Shown here: in pieces, positions 38,562 to 49,414 of the stretch
Layout: the number at the start of each line of letters is the position of its first letter
Position numbering within the stretch: position 1 is the stretch's first letter
NCBI GenBank assembly: GCA_963664195.1
Contig: OY760907.1
Span: forward strand, 384,001 to 448,000
Direction: 5' to 3'
Source: an uncultured candidate division Zixibacteria bacterium
GTDB lineage: Bacteria > Zixibacteria > MSB-5A5 > GN15 > FEB-12
Length of the DNA stretch: 64,000 nt
Notes under the pieces: generated by a model
Seen by the model: the letters and a program-made list of their open reading frames with translations, nothing else
What the model was told of the DNA's origin: nothing
Databases searched by the model: none
Made by a program: the position numbers and the translations under genes

Positions 38562-39409
38562 GGGCCGCTCTTCGCAAGGAGCCCCATGAATTCGCGCAGA
38601 CCGTTGACATACCGATCGCTCTCGTAGTAATCACGCTCGTTGTGGTCGCCGGATAGCTCGATGAATGTCTTGGGCTCTTGGGCAGCTTCAAAGAGCGCGC
38701 GGCCATGCTCGTAGGGAATTAGTCGGTCATCGGGAGAATGCGTCACCAGCACGGGACAATTAAGCAGACCGATCTTACCGACCGAATCGAGCTTGAACCG
38801 TGAGATGAGTTTGGCCGGCAGCCAGGGGAACATGCTCTTGCCAATATCTGCCGCCGATGAGAACGATGATTCGACGATCACTCCGCCGCACGGCACCTGA
38901 CTCGCCAATTCAATCGCCGGTGCGCCGCCGAGAGATCGTCCGAGCACGTACAGATTCTCCGGTGCCACGCCCTTTTCGTTCAGCAGCCAATCGTAGGCCG
39001 CGCGCGTGTCCTCGTAGAGATTTTGCTCAGAAGGAGTACCATCGGACTTGCCGTAGCCGCGATAGTCGAATATGAAGACCTCGACCCCAAGTCCGTGAAG
39101 AAATTGAAGCGTGAAGGTTCGATGAGAGATATTGCCGGCGTTGCCGTGGCAAAACAGAACCGTTCTGACGGTGCTGTTTGCCGGTGAGGATTCACTGGCC
39201 GGGATAAACCAGCCGTTGATTTTCTCCCCGTTGTCGTGTTCTATATATACGTCTTCCCACTTGAGATTCGCCTGGTCGGGGGTTATAACAAAACTCCGTT
39301 GCGGGACAAACACTACCCAGTCCTGAAACAGGTATAATCCTGCGCCCAGAATGACGAATAGCCCTACAATGATGGCGACATAGATCAGCAACATACGTGC
39401 AGCATTCAT
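38558..39409 (-). CDS. Alpha/beta hydrolase (ABHD17/Bem46-like)
   Basis: N-terminal TM, HGNAGN, DYRGYGKS, GRSLG nucleophile elbow, Asp and His of the triad. Confidence 0.9.
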   Translation of the reverse strand: MNAARMLLIYVAIIVGLFVILGAGLYLFQDWVVFVPQRSFVITPDQANLKWEDVYIEHDNGEKINGWFIPASESSPANSTVRTVLFCHGNAGNISHRTFTLQFLHGLGVEVFIFDYRGYGKSDGTPSEQNLYEDTRAAYDWLLNEKGVAPENLYVLGRSLGGAPAIELASQVPCGGVIVESSFSSAADIGKSMFPWLPAKLISRFKLDSVGKIGLLNCPVLVTHSPDDRLIPYEHGRALFEAAQEPKTFIELSGDHNERDYYESDRYVNGLREFMGLLAKSGP

Positions 39410-39459
39410 GGTATCAGATAGTGCCCAACGGTTTCTTGCGACTGTAACGGCCCGGCCTT

Positions 39460-40629
39460 CTACTTGAGTTCCCGAAATCGGTTCAACGTTTTTTGCAGGT
39501 CTCCACGCAGGGAATTGTCGAAACGTTCCACGGAGGCGTTTCTGAAGGATGGGGCCGGCGTCTTTATCCGGGCCAGTTCTATGTTGTCATCGGTGTAGAA
39601 ACCGTCAACAAACGTCACCGTCTCGTACTCCTCAAACGGTTTAGTCCAGATGTAACCGTCGCAGAAAGCACCGAGCGTGAAGTCATCATACCCGGCGGCA
39701 TACACCGTGTTCCTTGCCTTGAGTGTGGCAAACGGGCTGTCAGTGATATCGAATCCGACCGGGGCAGCTTCCTCGCCGAGGGACGCCATGACCTCATCAA
39801 CAGCGCCGTTCACCGGCTTGACATACGATCCGTTGTACCCGTTATCGAGATCATCCCACGGGCTGTGGAGAAAGATCGTCATGCACCGATCACCGAGCGC
39901 GTTTTTAACGTACGTCCCGGTGCGACAGTCCTCAAAACGAATGAACTCGCCGGAGCCGTTCACTATCGGTTGAAGGTATCCCGTGAAGGCGTGGTGTATG
40001 CCGCAGTAAACGAGCACTTTGTTTCCATCTTCAACGGCTTCTAAAATAACGTCGGCCCAGTCTTTTTCGGTGCAGCCTTTCCAGACGAGTTTCTTCTTGT
40101 CGTCGTTGTCCCTATCCGCACGGGTTTGTATGGGACTCCAGTCGACATCGCAGTTCAGACCAAGAATACGGAACGGACGTGCATCTTCGGGAAGCGAACG
40201 GTTGAGTTCCCAGGCAGCCTCATAGATATCCAGATACTCGCGGTACGGCCAGGCGGAAAACTGATTGATCTGGATGTGTCTTGCCAGCGCTTCATCCCAC
40301 TCGGCACTGTTCAGCAGGCTGTCGACAAGCGGCTGGTCATCGCGGTTTGCAAACTCGAAACCAAGCGTGCTAATACCGTTTGCATAGAGCGCCGGAATCA
40401 GATACTGCACGAGAATCGGATCGTGTCTGATGCAGTGGTGTTCACCGATGAAAACGACATCGTGATCGACAAACTTGCCGACGACATAATCAATCGGCGT
40501 CCGACCGTTGGTGACCAGATACTGCTTGAGGCCGAAGAGCTTCGAGGAATCGAGTTTCCGGTTATCGGAGGTTTCGCTGCACCCGGTCAGCAGAGACAGT
40601 GCGATCAGGATTGCGGTAATTAGTCTCAT
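39460..40629 (-). CDS. Hypothetical lipoprotein (possible EreA/ChaN-like fold)
   Basis: Lipobox LLTG-C; VVFIGEHH, LGFE, CGIHH motifs. Confidence 0.6.
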   Translation of the reverse strand: MRLITAILIALSLLTGCSETSDNRKLDSSKLFGLKQYLVTNGRTPIDYVVGKFVDHDVVFIGEHHCIRHDPILVQYLIPALYANGISTLGFEFANRDDQPLVDSLLNSAEWDEALARHIQINQFSAWPYREYLDIYEAAWELNRSLPEDARPFRILGLNCDVDWSPIQTRADRDNDDKKKLVWKGCTEKDWADVILEAVEDGNKVLVYCGIHHAFTGYLQPIVNGSGEFIRFEDCRTGTYVKNALGDRCMTIFLHSPWDDLDNGYNGSYVKPVNGAVDEVMASLGEEAAPVGFDITDSPFATLKARNTVYAAGYDDFTLGAFCDGYIWTKPFEEYETVTFVDGFYTDDNIELARIKTPAPSFRNASVERFDNSLRGDLQKTLNRFRELK

Positions 40630-40693
40630 GGTACTCCCCTTGTATGTGCTGTCATGCGACAGCGACACCGTGTGTCCTTGTGTGGCAGCACAG

Positions 40694-40721
40694 GTAGGTC
40701 GAAACCGGTGCTGTTTCGACA
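40694..40721 (+). repeat. GTAG-REP, type B
   Basis: GTAG-GTCGAAAC-cggtgct-GTTTCGAC; same stem as 5685. Confidence 0.8.
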
Positions 40722-40799
40722 TTGTGATGTCAAGCCTGAGGACGGGTTTGACGTGCAATCTTCACTGTATCTTGCCTCATGCGCTTGGCGGCCCGGGCA

Positions 40800-42341
40800 C
40801 TACTCCCACTCAATCGTCGCTGGAGGTTTCGATGATATATCGTACGTCACGCGATTGACTCCCCTCACGTTGCGAATAACATCGTTCGATATCTCGGCCA
40901 AAATGTCGTTGTCAATGCGCGCCCAATCAGCGGTCATGCCATCGACCGAAGTAACAGCCCGAAGCGCGATCACGTTTTCATAGGTCCGCTCGTCGCCCAT
41001 CACCCCCACCGCACGTACCGGCAACAGCACCGCAAACGCCTGCCAGATGTCGTCGTAGATGCCGTGTTTGTGAAGTTGCTCGATAAAAATCGCGTCCACT
41101 TCGCCAAGTAAGTCACATCGTTCTTTGGTCACTTCGCCAAGAATCCGCACGGCCAGACCGGGTCCCGGGAACGGATGGCGACCAATGAATTTCTTCGGTA
41201 ACCCCAATGCCCGGCCAAGCTCACGGACTTCGTCTTTGAACAACTCCCGAAGCGGTTCGACCAGTTTCAACCTCATACGATCTTTCAGACCGCCGACGTT
41301 ATGGTGTGACTTGATCGTGGCCGACGGGCCTTTGAAGGACACGGACTCAATCACATCCGGATACAGCGTCCCCTGAGCGAGGAAATCAACCTCACCGATT
41401 TTGTCCGCCTCCGCCTCGAAGATGTCGATGAAAGTCGAGCCGATGATCTTGCGTTTTTCCTCAGGATCCTCGACACCTGCAAGCCTCTCCAGAAAAGTTT
41501 GTGAGGCGTCGACAGGCCGGAGATTGATCCCCAGGGTGGTGAGCATTTCGATCACCTCTTCGAACTCGTTTTTGCGGAGAACGCCGTTGTTTACAAACAC
41601 CGCGTGAAGATTCTTGCCGATGGCTTTGTCGAGAAGCATGGCGGCCACCGTAGAATCGACTCCGCCGGAAATACCGAGGATGACCTTGTTGTCGCCCACC
41701 TGTTCTTGAATAGCCGCCATCGACTCTTCTATTAACGAAGCCGTCGTCCAGTCACCCTTCACTCCACAGATATGGAACAGGAAATTGCTGATGATCCGCT
41801 TGCCTTCGACCGTGTGGTGTACTTCCGGATGGAATTGCAAACCGTAGACGTTCTTTTCTATGTTAGCAATCGCCGCCGTCGCCAGCGACTCGGTGCTTCC
41901 GAGGACATCGAAACCACCGGGCAGATTGACGATCGAGTCACCGTGGGACATCCACACCTGGCTTTTCGGCGCGACACCGTCGAACAACCGTCCGCGGTTA
42001 CCGGCATTGAAAGAAGCTCTTCCGTACTCGCGATGCTCGCTGCGGACAAGTTCTCCACCAAAGAGATCGGCAATAAGCTGCATGCCGTAACAAAGCCCCA
42101 GAATCGGCACGGATGTATCGAAGAACTCCTTGCCAAGACGGGGCGCATCGTCATCCTTGATTGAGGACGGTCCGCCCGAGAGAATATATCCCGCAATATT
42201 CCGGCCTTCGTAGACCGAGAGATCGGCGTTGAACGGGACGATTTCGCAATAGACATGGGCCTCGCGGACCCGCCGGGCGATAAGCTGCGTGTATTGGGAA
42301 CCAAAATCCAGAATGAGAATCATCTCATGGGATTTGCTCAT
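40800..42341 (-). CDS. guaA: GMP synthase (glutamine-hydrolysing)
   Basis: DFGSQYTQLI, CYGMQ, QFHPEV, SGGVDS, IKSHHNV, KPPATIEWE. Confidence 0.97.
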   Translation of the reverse strand: MSKSHEMILILDFGSQYTQLIARRVREAHVYCEIVPFNADLSVYEGRNIAGYILSGGPSSIKDDDAPRLGKEFFDTSVPILGLCYGMQLIADLFGGELVRSEHREYGRASFNAGNRGRLFDGVAPKSQVWMSHGDSIVNLPGGFDVLGSTESLATAAIANIEKNVYGLQFHPEVHHTVEGKRIISNFLFHICGVKGDWTTASLIEESMAAIQEQVGDNKVILGISGGVDSTVAAMLLDKAIGKNLHAVFVNNGVLRKNEFEEVIEMLTTLGINLRPVDASQTFLERLAGVEDPEEKRKIIGSTFIDIFEAEADKIGEVDFLAQGTLYPDVIESVSFKGPSATIKSHHNVGGLKDRMRLKLVEPLRELFKDEVRELGRALGLPKKFIGRHPFPGPGLAVRILGEVTKERCDLLGEVDAIFIEQLHKHGIYDDIWQAFAVLLPVRAVGVMGDERTYENVIALRAVTSVDGMTADWARIDNDILAEISNDVIRNVRGVNRVTYDISSKPPATIEWE

Positions 42342-43948
42342 TGGGCGCTCTCTTTCGAAGGAAGGCCGGGAATGATCGTATCCCGGGCAAAGGCGTCGTC
42401 GGTTTCAGGATATTCCTCGAGGTACTGCAGACCACGAGACTCTTTTCTCATAAGGGCAGATCGGATGATCAACTCAGCGACAGTGGCGATATTGCGCAAT
42501 TCCACTACGGCATAAGTGGCGGGAGTGGCGAAGTAGTATTCTTCAATGGCCTGTTTGATCGATTCTACTTTTTCAAGTGCAAGAAGAAGTCGTTCCTCGG
42601 TACGAACAATTCCGACAAAGTCCGACATGATGCGGTTAAGCTCGCGACGGTCATGGGCCACAAGGATCTTCTCGCGCGGCATGTGCAGCGATGAGGCCAG
42701 CCCCCTGTCAACAGTAATATACTCAGGGAAGTCGGTTTGCACATAGTACTCGCAGGATCTAGCTGCGGCCAGTTTGGCCATCACGACCGCCTCGAGAAGA
42801 GAGTTGGATGCCAGACGATTGGCCCCGTGCATGCCGCTCATGGCAACCTCGCCGCATACGTACAGGCCCGGAAGTTCAGTCTCGCCGGTGATGTCACACA
42901 CTACTCCGCCGCAGGCGTAATGGGCAGCCGGCACGACGGGAATTGGTCGAACGGTGATGTCGAAGCCGTATTTAAGGCATTCGCGATGGATGTTGGGGAA
43001 TCTATTGCGGACAAAATCAGCATCGCGATGAGAGATGTCGAGCAGCACGTATTCCTCACCTGACGCTTTGAGTTCCTTGTCGATTGCACGCGCAACGACG
43101 TCGCGAGGGGCCAGGTCCTTTAGCACGTGGGTGCCTTCCATGAAAGCGCGACCGTCGACCGAAGTCAATCGCCCTCCCTCACCACGGACGGCCTCCGAGA
43201 TCAGGAACGGCCACCGACCGGGCGCGTACAGAGTGGTCGGATGGAATTGGATAAACTCAAGATTCCCGACCGCAACTCCGGCTCGATAGGCAATCGCGAC
43301 ACCATCGCCGGTGGCGATTTTGGGATTCGAGGTATGGAAGTATACCATGCCCATACCGCCTGTGGCCAGCACGGTCACCGGGGCGTAGTAGACATCAAAG
43401 ACGCGATCCGCTTCAGAAAACACGTAGGCGCCCGCACATTTCTCCACATCACCATCGTTGTACTTGACTAGATCAAGCACGATATGATTGCGGAGCATCT
43501 TGATATTGTTCTTTTTGGCTCGGCAGGCGGCCAACAGGGCGCGTTCGATCTCTTTGCCGGTCAGGTCGGCAGCATGTGCCACACGATTTACCGAATGACC
43601 GCCCTCGCGACCAAGGTCAAACTGACCGTCGACCCGGGTGAATTTGACGCCGTAATTGATCAGCTCGTCGATAGCGGTAGGCCCCGCCTCGACCACCCTT
43701 TCCACCACTTCCCGGCTACAGAGGCCGCATCCGGCTCTGAGGGTGTCATCTATGTGGCACGCCACTGAGTCGGTCCCGGCCAATACCGCAGCGATTCCCC
43801 CCTGGGCACGGTTGGTGGAAGTGTTGGTCTCGGTCTTCTTGGTGAGTATGGCGATTCTGGCGTCGGGATGCTGTTCAACTATCTTGAGCGCACAGAAAAG
43901 CCCGGCAATGCCGGTACCTACTACCAAAAAATCGTACCTGTGATCCAT
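42338..43948 (-). CDS. nadB: L-aspartate oxidase
   Basis: AQGGIAA, EGGHS..R..H..D.TG, QFHPT, LISEAVRGEG, LAPRDVV, HGANRLASNSLLE. Confidence 0.95.
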   Translation of the reverse strand: MDHRYDFLVVGTGIAGLFCALKIVEQHPDARIAILTKKTETNTSTNRAQGGIAAVLAGTDSVACHIDDTLRAGCGLCSREVVERVVEAGPTAIDELINYGVKFTRVDGQFDLGREGGHSVNRVAHAADLTGKEIERALLAACRAKKNNIKMLRNHIVLDLVKYNDGDVEKCAGAYVFSEADRVFDVYYAPVTVLATGGMGMVYFHTSNPKIATGDGVAIAYRAGVAVGNLEFIQFHPTTLYAPGRWPFLISEAVRGEGGRLTSVDGRAFMEGTHVLKDLAPRDVVARAIDKELKASGEEYVLLDISHRDADFVRNRFPNIHRECLKYGFDITVRPIPVVPAAHYACGGVVCDITGETELPGLYVCGEVAMSGMHGANRLASNSLLEAVVMAKLAAARSCEYYVQTDFPEYITVDRGLASSLHMPREKILVAHDRRELNRIMSDFVGIVRTEERLLLALEKVESIKQAIEEYYFATPATYAVVELRNIATVAELIIRSALMRKESRGLQYLEEYPETDDAFARDTIIPGLPSKESAQ

Positions 43949-45042
43949 TAGCCTCTCACCTCTTCCTGTCCGCCCAATTGTAACGTCTGCCTGACGTACG
44001 TCGCCAGTTTCTCTTCGCCGGGATCAAGGTCCACGGCCAGATCAAGATAGTAGATTTCGCGGCCAAAATCAAAGTCTCCGAGTTTCACCCAGTCTTTGAA
44101 GGTAGTAACGATGACATCGGAATCGTGGTCCTCAGCCATCTGGCGGATTTTAGCCAGAGTGACGTTGTCGTACACCTGGTGATCGGAGAGTTCCAGAGCG
44201 CCATCCAGATCACCTGAAAGCGCTGACACCTGTCGTCTCAACGACCGGAAATTACCAACTCCCGCAAACAGAAAGACCGACTTGTCCTCAAGATACTTCA
44301 CCGGCCGCGTTTGCTCCACGCTCACCAGATTCTCGCAAACGAACCCGGCGTGGTACAAATCGGCATTCGGTGCAAGCTGTCGCAAATCCCGCTTGATAGC
44401 GTTGATGTCGAACGCGAATTTCGCCCGTGTGATAATAATAACATCGGCCCGCGAGAGGGCGCTTTTCGGTTCGCGAAGCAATCCGTAGGGAAACGCCTTC
44501 AAGTGACACTTCCTGATGCCGGCATCGTACGCCACGAGATCAATGTCCCGCGCAAGACCGATGTGCTGAAAACCGTCATCAACAATAATCATGTCGACGG
44601 CGCCAGAGTCAGCCAGCCGTCTGGCAGCATCCAGCTTAGTGCGGTCGATCGAAAAAACAGCGTCAGACAGTAATCGGGCCAGAAGCATGATTTCGTCGCC
44701 GGTCACAGCGACATCCATTGTCTCGACCTTGTATCCGGGCTCCACGAAAGATCCCTCGCCCGTGCGACCGTAGCCCGAGGAGACGATGCCGACTCGCACC
44801 CCGGCAGCCAGCAGGTCGCGTGCAATAAACGATACCAGCGGTGTTTTGCCGGTACCACCGACAGTGATGTTGCCAACTGAAAGAACCGGTACGGATACTC
44901 GCTCCGGCTGACTGGCCATCATACGGTGGATATTAAAGAGCAGACGATAGACAAACGAGCAGAGCCAGAGCAGAAAGGCCGGCAAGTCCCAGAAGGAATA
45001 CGGCGACCGCCAGAGTATCCTCTTCCACAATCGCTCAAGCAT
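43948..45042 (-). CDS. lpxK: Tetraacyldisaccharide 4'-kinase
   Basis: VGNITVGGTGKTP, GDE, DDGFQH, LRE, TT.KDWVK. Confidence 0.93.
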   Translation of the reverse strand: MLERLWKRILWRSPYSFWDLPAFLLWLCSFVYRLLFNIHRMMASQPERVSVPVLSVGNITVGGTGKTPLVSFIARDLLAAGVRVGIVSSGYGRTGEGSFVEPGYKVETMDVAVTGDEIMLLARLLSDAVFSIDRTKLDAARRLADSGAVDMIIVDDGFQHIGLARDIDLVAYDAGIRKCHLKAFPYGLLREPKSALSRADVIIITRAKFAFDINAIKRDLRQLAPNADLYHAGFVCENLVSVEQTRPVKYLEDKSVFLFAGVGNFRSLRRQVSALSGDLDGALELSDHQVYDNVTLAKIRQMAEDHDSDVIVTTFKDWVKLGDFDFGREIYYLDLAVDLDPGEEKLATYVRQTLQLGGQEEVRG

Positions 45043-46267
45043 TTTTCAGTCGCTCCAGAATGTATCTGCCGGCAATGCTTGTGGCAGAGGTTTCGAAATC
45101 TGAGTTTTCTTTGCGCGTGAACGTTTTCTCTCCAACGACAGCTTGGCGCAGCACCACCGCAAGATGGTCGGCGCTGTCGACTTGTTGACCGTAGTCGTGA
45201 CCGATAACGTAGTCGACTGCATCGGCGACATTGCTCGTATGCGGACCGAATATCACCGGTGTTCCGGCCCAGACCGGCTCAAGAATGTTGTGACCGCCGA
45301 GGTCGACCAGAGTGCCGCCCACAAATGCCAGGTTGGCCGCCGCATATAGTTCGTTGAGAATACCCATGCGCTCCACGAGAATCACACCTGTGGTGTCGCT
45401 TTCTCCATACAGGGAAAAAGCAGTATTCGAACTCCGGAGTAAAGCCTTGATTTCGTCCATTCGTTCCAAATGACGCGGCGCTATCACCAGTCGCAGGTGG
45501 CCGTGCCGCTCTTTGACCGTGTGGAAGGCATCCAACAGAAGCTGCTCCTCCCCCGTGCGGGTCGACCCGGCGACGAACATAAAGTCGTTTTCAGCCACAC
45601 CAAGATGCCTGCGCATGGCTGCACGTCTCTCGTTGGTGAGGCGCAACAACGGGGCATCGAATTTCATGTCGCCGGCAACGGTTGACACTTCGGATGAAAC
45701 GCCCAACTGAGCAAATCGATCGCGGTCAGTCTCACTTTTGAAAAATAGCCTATCGTAACAGGCCAGAAGCGTTTTCGAGGCGCTCGCGAATCGCTTGTAC
45801 TGCGTGAAACCGCGCGGTGAGATGCGTCCGTTGACAAGAACGATTGGGATCCCGCGCCCCTTCGCCCGAAGAATCAGGTTGGGCCAGATTTCAGTCTCGG
45901 CAATAACAATGATTGATGGGGTCAGCTTGTTCAGGGTCCGTTTGATGACTGCACCGGTGTCGACAGGGAAATAGGAGACCGTCACCAGATCACTGAGCGT
46001 CGATTCAGCAATACTGAACCCCTGGTCAGTCATGGCCGTCAGGTGGATACGCACCAAGGGGCGAGATTCCTTCAGGTGCCGGAGAAGATGGCTGATGACT
46101 CTGACCTCGCCGACTGAGGAAGCGTGAATCCAGATGTCACAATTCGTTTCCGGAACCAACCCCAGTCGCCCCTGCCATTTGACGTCTCCCCCCGCCGCCT
46201 TCAGGCGAGCATACGGCCAAGTGACCACGTATAGCAGGAACATGAATGCTCGATACAAGAGGATCAC
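45035..46267 (-). CDS. waaA: Kdo transferase
   Basis: WIHASSVGE, ETEIWPNL, NGRIS, AGST, APRHLER, GGHNILEP. Confidence 0.94.
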   Translation of the reverse strand: MILLYRAFMFLLYVVTWPYARLKAAGGDVKWQGRLGLVPETNCDIWIHASSVGEVRVISHLLRHLKESRPLVRIHLTAMTDQGFSIAESTLSDLVTVSYFPVDTGAVIKRTLNKLTPSIIVIAETEIWPNLILRAKGRGIPIVLVNGRISPRGFTQYKRFASASKTLLACYDRLFFKSETDRDRFAQLGVSSEVSTVAGDMKFDAPLLRLTNERRAAMRRHLGVAENDFMFVAGSTRTGEEQLLLDAFHTVKERHGHLRLVIAPRHLERMDEIKALLRSSNTAFSLYGESDTTGVILVERMGILNELYAAANLAFVGGTLVDLGGHNILEPVWAGTPVIFGPHTSNVADAVDYVIGHDYGQQVDSADHLAVVLRQAVVGEKTFTRKENSDFETSATSIAGRYILERLKNA

Positions 46268-47364
46268 AGGTAGCTGCCTATCAGTTTAGCTGTTCGCTCG
46301 GAGGCGCCGATACCGCCCAGTTTGTCCGGGATAGCCCGGAGCTTCTCGACAGTACGACCGAGGGCGTCGCCGTCACCGATCAATCCGCCAATCTCTGCCG
46401 CCATGCGCCGGGGCGATGCTTCGTGCTGGATCAACTCTGGAACGATCTTCTCCCCCGCCACAAGATTGACCAGTCCGATTGCATCGAGATCAACGAGGTG
46501 CTTTGCTATCTGGTAGGTCACAAACCCGGTCTTGTACACAACCACCATCGGGCGACCGATTATGCCCGTCTCAAGCGTGGCCGTGCCGGAGGCGGTGAGA
46601 ACGTAATCTGATTCGTGCAAGACTCTGCGCGCGTCGCTATAGACAATGTCGATCTCGGGACATGCCGAAAGACGGCTCCTGTAATCATAGGCACCCTGTA
46701 CACCTGCAACGACTGCTTTGGTGCCGTGCGATCTGGCAAGTAATCGAGCGGCCTGGAGCATTGACGGCAGCATGCGTTCGATTTCCTGCGGGCGTGAACC
46801 CGGAAGCAGGGCAAGTTGCTTGTTGCCGGGAAGGTCGGACGCGATGAATTCCGACGGAATATCTTCGAGCAAGTAATGCCCGACAAAATCGCACGCCACA
46901 CGGTTGTCGCGATAGAACTTCTCTTCAAACGGCAGAATGACCAGCATCCGGTCGACACACTCTTGAATCTGTCGGATGCGCTTTTTCCCCCACGCCCACA
47001 CCTGCGGCGAGATATAGTAGATAACCGGAATACCGAGCGGTCTGATCCGTTGTGCAAGGCGAAGATTAAAACCGGGATAATCGACCAGAACCACTGCCGA
47101 CGGGCGACGAGTTCTGATTTCGTTAAGGCAGCGATTAAACAGGCTGCGGAAATAGAAGTACCGTTTGGCAACTTCCCAGAATCCGAGCACGGCGAGGTCG
47201 GCGCTGTCGGCAAGTTGCTCCTGTCCGAGTTCTTTCAGACGCGGGCCGCCCAGCCCGAAGAACCGGAGGTCCGGGACCGATGACTTCAGCGAGGTGACAA
47301 CACGGGCGGTGGCATTGTCACCGGACGGATCACCGGCTGAAATGAACAGGAGCGGTTGTCCCAT
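46264..47364 (-). CDS. lpxB: Lipid-A-disaccharide synthase
   Basis: GDPSGD, DYPGFN, SPQVWAW, LPFE, FVGH, LPGSR, SGTATLE. Confidence 0.95.
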   Translation of the reverse strand: MGQPLLFISAGDPSGDNATARVVTSLKSSVPDLRFFGLGGPRLKELGQEQLADSADLAVLGFWEVAKRYFYFRSLFNRCLNEIRTRRPSAVVLVDYPGFNLRLAQRIRPLGIPVIYYISPQVWAWGKKRIRQIQECVDRMLVILPFEEKFYRDNRVACDFVGHYLLEDIPSEFIASDLPGNKQLALLPGSRPQEIERMLPSMLQAARLLARSHGTKAVVAGVQGAYDYRSRLSACPEIDIVYSDARRVLHESDYVLTASGTATLETGIIGRPMVVVYKTGFVTYQIAKHLVDLDAIGLVNLVAGEKIVPELIQHEASPRRMAAEIGGLIGDGDALGRTVEKLRAIPDKLGGIGASERTAKLIGSYL

Positions 47365-48360
47365 TTAGTGCGGCATCTCCCCCATGACTGTAGACATTGA
47401 CTGCAGGCCGATACGTTCAACTTCGAGTGCGACCCGCAGCGCCTCGGAGGCTTCGGCCACAGTCACTGCGACCGGCGTGTCGTTGATGACCGCATCGAGG
47501 AACGCACCCAACTCACCGCCGAGCATGTCATCGCCGGAATCCTCGATCTTCGTGTACAGAATATCCTGCCCCGATTTCCCCAGCGGCACACGGAGGCCTT
47601 CGGCTTTCTCATCCGGGCCGGTCATCCGGTAGACATCGGCTTCTTTCTTGGCCAGATCGAGCGAGTAGTAAGAGGCCTTCTGGAAAATACGCATCTTCCG
47701 CATCGGCTTGAGCGAAATCCTTGAGGCGGTCAAGTTTGCAACCGCGCCGCTCTCAAACGTCAGGCGGGCGTTGGCGATGTCGACCTGGTCTGAGATCACT
47801 GCTACGGCCGAGGCCTGGATATCGACTACTTTCGATTTCGTGAGCATCAGACAGAGATCGATGTCATGGATCATCAGATCGAGCACCACCGCTACGTCCG
47901 TTCCACGCGGATCGAATGCCGCCAGACGGTGCGCCTCGATAAACGACGGTTGGATGTTCATATCGGCGAGTGATCTGACAGCCGGGTTGAAGCGTTCGAT
48001 ATGGCCGACAGCAGCTTTCACCCCCCTGTCGTCGGCGATCTGCTGGAGTTTAACCGCTTCCTCGATACTCGTTGTGATCGGCTTCTCTATCAGGCAGTGC
48101 ACGCCCTTATTCATCAGGGCGGAGGCGACTTCAAAGTGTGCGGAGGTTGTGACGACTATCGACGCGACATCGACTTCAGCCGCAAGTTCATCGAGTGACT
48201 CGAATGCTTTGACGCTGTATTCGTCGGCAAGCTGGCGCGCTTTGGCACCGGCGAGATCATACAGGCCGACCAGTTCGGATTGCGGGAGTTGCGATAGCCA
48301 TCTTACATGGTGTCGACCGAGTGATCCGACGCCGACGACAACGGTTTTGAGCTTTTTCAT
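47365..48360 (-). CDS. Gfo/Idh/MocA oxidoreductase, probable UDP-GlcNAc 3-dehydrogenase (GnnA-like)
   Basis: GVGSLG, IEKP, VGHIERFNP, DVAVVLDLMIHD, TASRIS; immediately upstream of lpxB. Confidence 0.8.
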   Translation of the reverse strand: MKKLKTVVVGVGSLGRHHVRWLSQLPQSELVGLYDLAGAKARQLADEYSVKAFESLDELAAEVDVASIVVTTSAHFEVASALMNKGVHCLIEKPITTSIEEAVKLQQIADDRGVKAAVGHIERFNPAVRSLADMNIQPSFIEAHRLAAFDPRGTDVAVVLDLMIHDIDLCLMLTKSKVVDIQASAVAVISDQVDIANARLTFESGAVANLTASRISLKPMRKMRIFQKASYYSLDLAKKEADVYRMTGPDEKAEGLRVPLGKSGQDILYTKIEDSGDDMLGGELGAFLDAVINDTPVAVTVAEASEALRVALEVERIGLQSMSTVMGEMPH

Positions 48361-48475
48361 GAGTACGTTTATCTATCCTTCATCATAGGACTGGCAGGTT
48401 GCGGTTCCAGATGGGACAGAATGTAATACGAACGGGTTAAATTACAAAGAGGAAAACGGGGCTGTGGAGGGCAGG

Positions 48476-48506
48476 AAAAGGGGCCGGAGGTGTGGTCTCC
48501 GGCCCG
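48476..48506 (-). terminator. Probable terminator after the inserted ORF
   Basis: GGGCCGGAG...CTCCGGCCC stem with adjacent AAAA. Confidence 0.55.
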
Positions 48507-48514
48507 GAGATCGT

Positions 48515-49414
48515 CTAGAGCACTATTTCAATCGCGTAGTGCGTTTCCTCCCAACACGGGATGTGCGCTACGGAGAACCTGACATTGGGGCGCAGCTTGG
48601 TCTGGTCACACTCTAGCAGTTTCCGAAGGCCCTGAGTGTCCACGGTAACGCCGTAGGTTCCGAAGTGATCCTGACCTGCCGGAGTCCAGACACGTCCGAG
48701 GCGGAAAGAGAACAACTCGGCTACCGTCGCTTCACCGCCGAACCGCACGGTGTTCTGGTGGTACCTGACATAGTAGCTATCCCATTCGTAGCCGTAGCGA
48801 ACATACCCTGAACTGGTCAGGGCAACCTCCAATTCTACTGCCGGTCGTAGTGTCAGCCAGTCTATGTGGGGCTGTGCGCAGGTGAGAGTAACGCTGGTGC
48901 CAAACCGTGCGGCTTTAGGGAGGCCATTGCTGTAGCCGTACCAAAGGCTCTCACTGCTTCGAAGGTTGTTGAGAGCAAAGCCAAATGTAACATCGGATCG
49001 CCAGTGCGCGCGCGCCGGCAACTCCTCGGTCAGCCGAGGGCCCATAGTTCGCATGCGGAAGAGCACCCCGAAATCGAATGCGTGGTCGTCGAGTTCATTC
49101 CTCGATTCTGACTCAAAGCCGGGACCGTCCCAGCCCTGCCGCATTGCCATGTGCTCTGCGAAGTCCTTGTACGTAAGCCCGATGGCAAAGTCAAACTCCC
49201 CGCTGTACCTGAAGCCTATTGAGTAGTATCGAACATCGCTCAACCATTCGTATTCCAGCGATCCGGATTCGGGATAGCCAGGACCGCTCGAATAGGCGAT
49301 GTCGACATCTACCCGGCCAAATCCAAAGCCAAGACTGAACGGTGTGTCGTCAAGCCCAAGCAGATGATCGAAACTGGCTGTCGCTGATTTGATGTTCGTT
49401 TTAATAAGGTCCAC
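48515..49414 (-). CDS. Hypothetical outer-membrane beta-barrel-like protein, possibly 5' truncated
   Basis: Alternating amphipathic strands (AFDFGVLF, TFGFALNNL, RFGGE, FSFRLG); no signal peptide. Confidence 0.45.
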   Translation of the reverse strand: MDLIKTNIKSATASFDHLLGLDDTPFSLGFGFGRVDVDIAYSSGPGYPESGSLEYEWLSDVRYYSIGFRYSGEFDFAIGLTYKDFAEHMAMRQGWDGPGFESESRNELDDHAFDFGVLFRMRTMGPRLTEELPARAHWRSDVTFGFALNNLRSSESLWYGYSNGLPKAARFGTSVTLTCAQPHIDWLTLRPAVELEVALTSSGYVRYGYEWDSYYVRYHQNTVRFGGEATVAELFSFRLGRVWTPAGQDHFGTYGVTVDTQGLRKLLECDQTKLRPNVRFSVAHIPCWEETHYAIEIVL

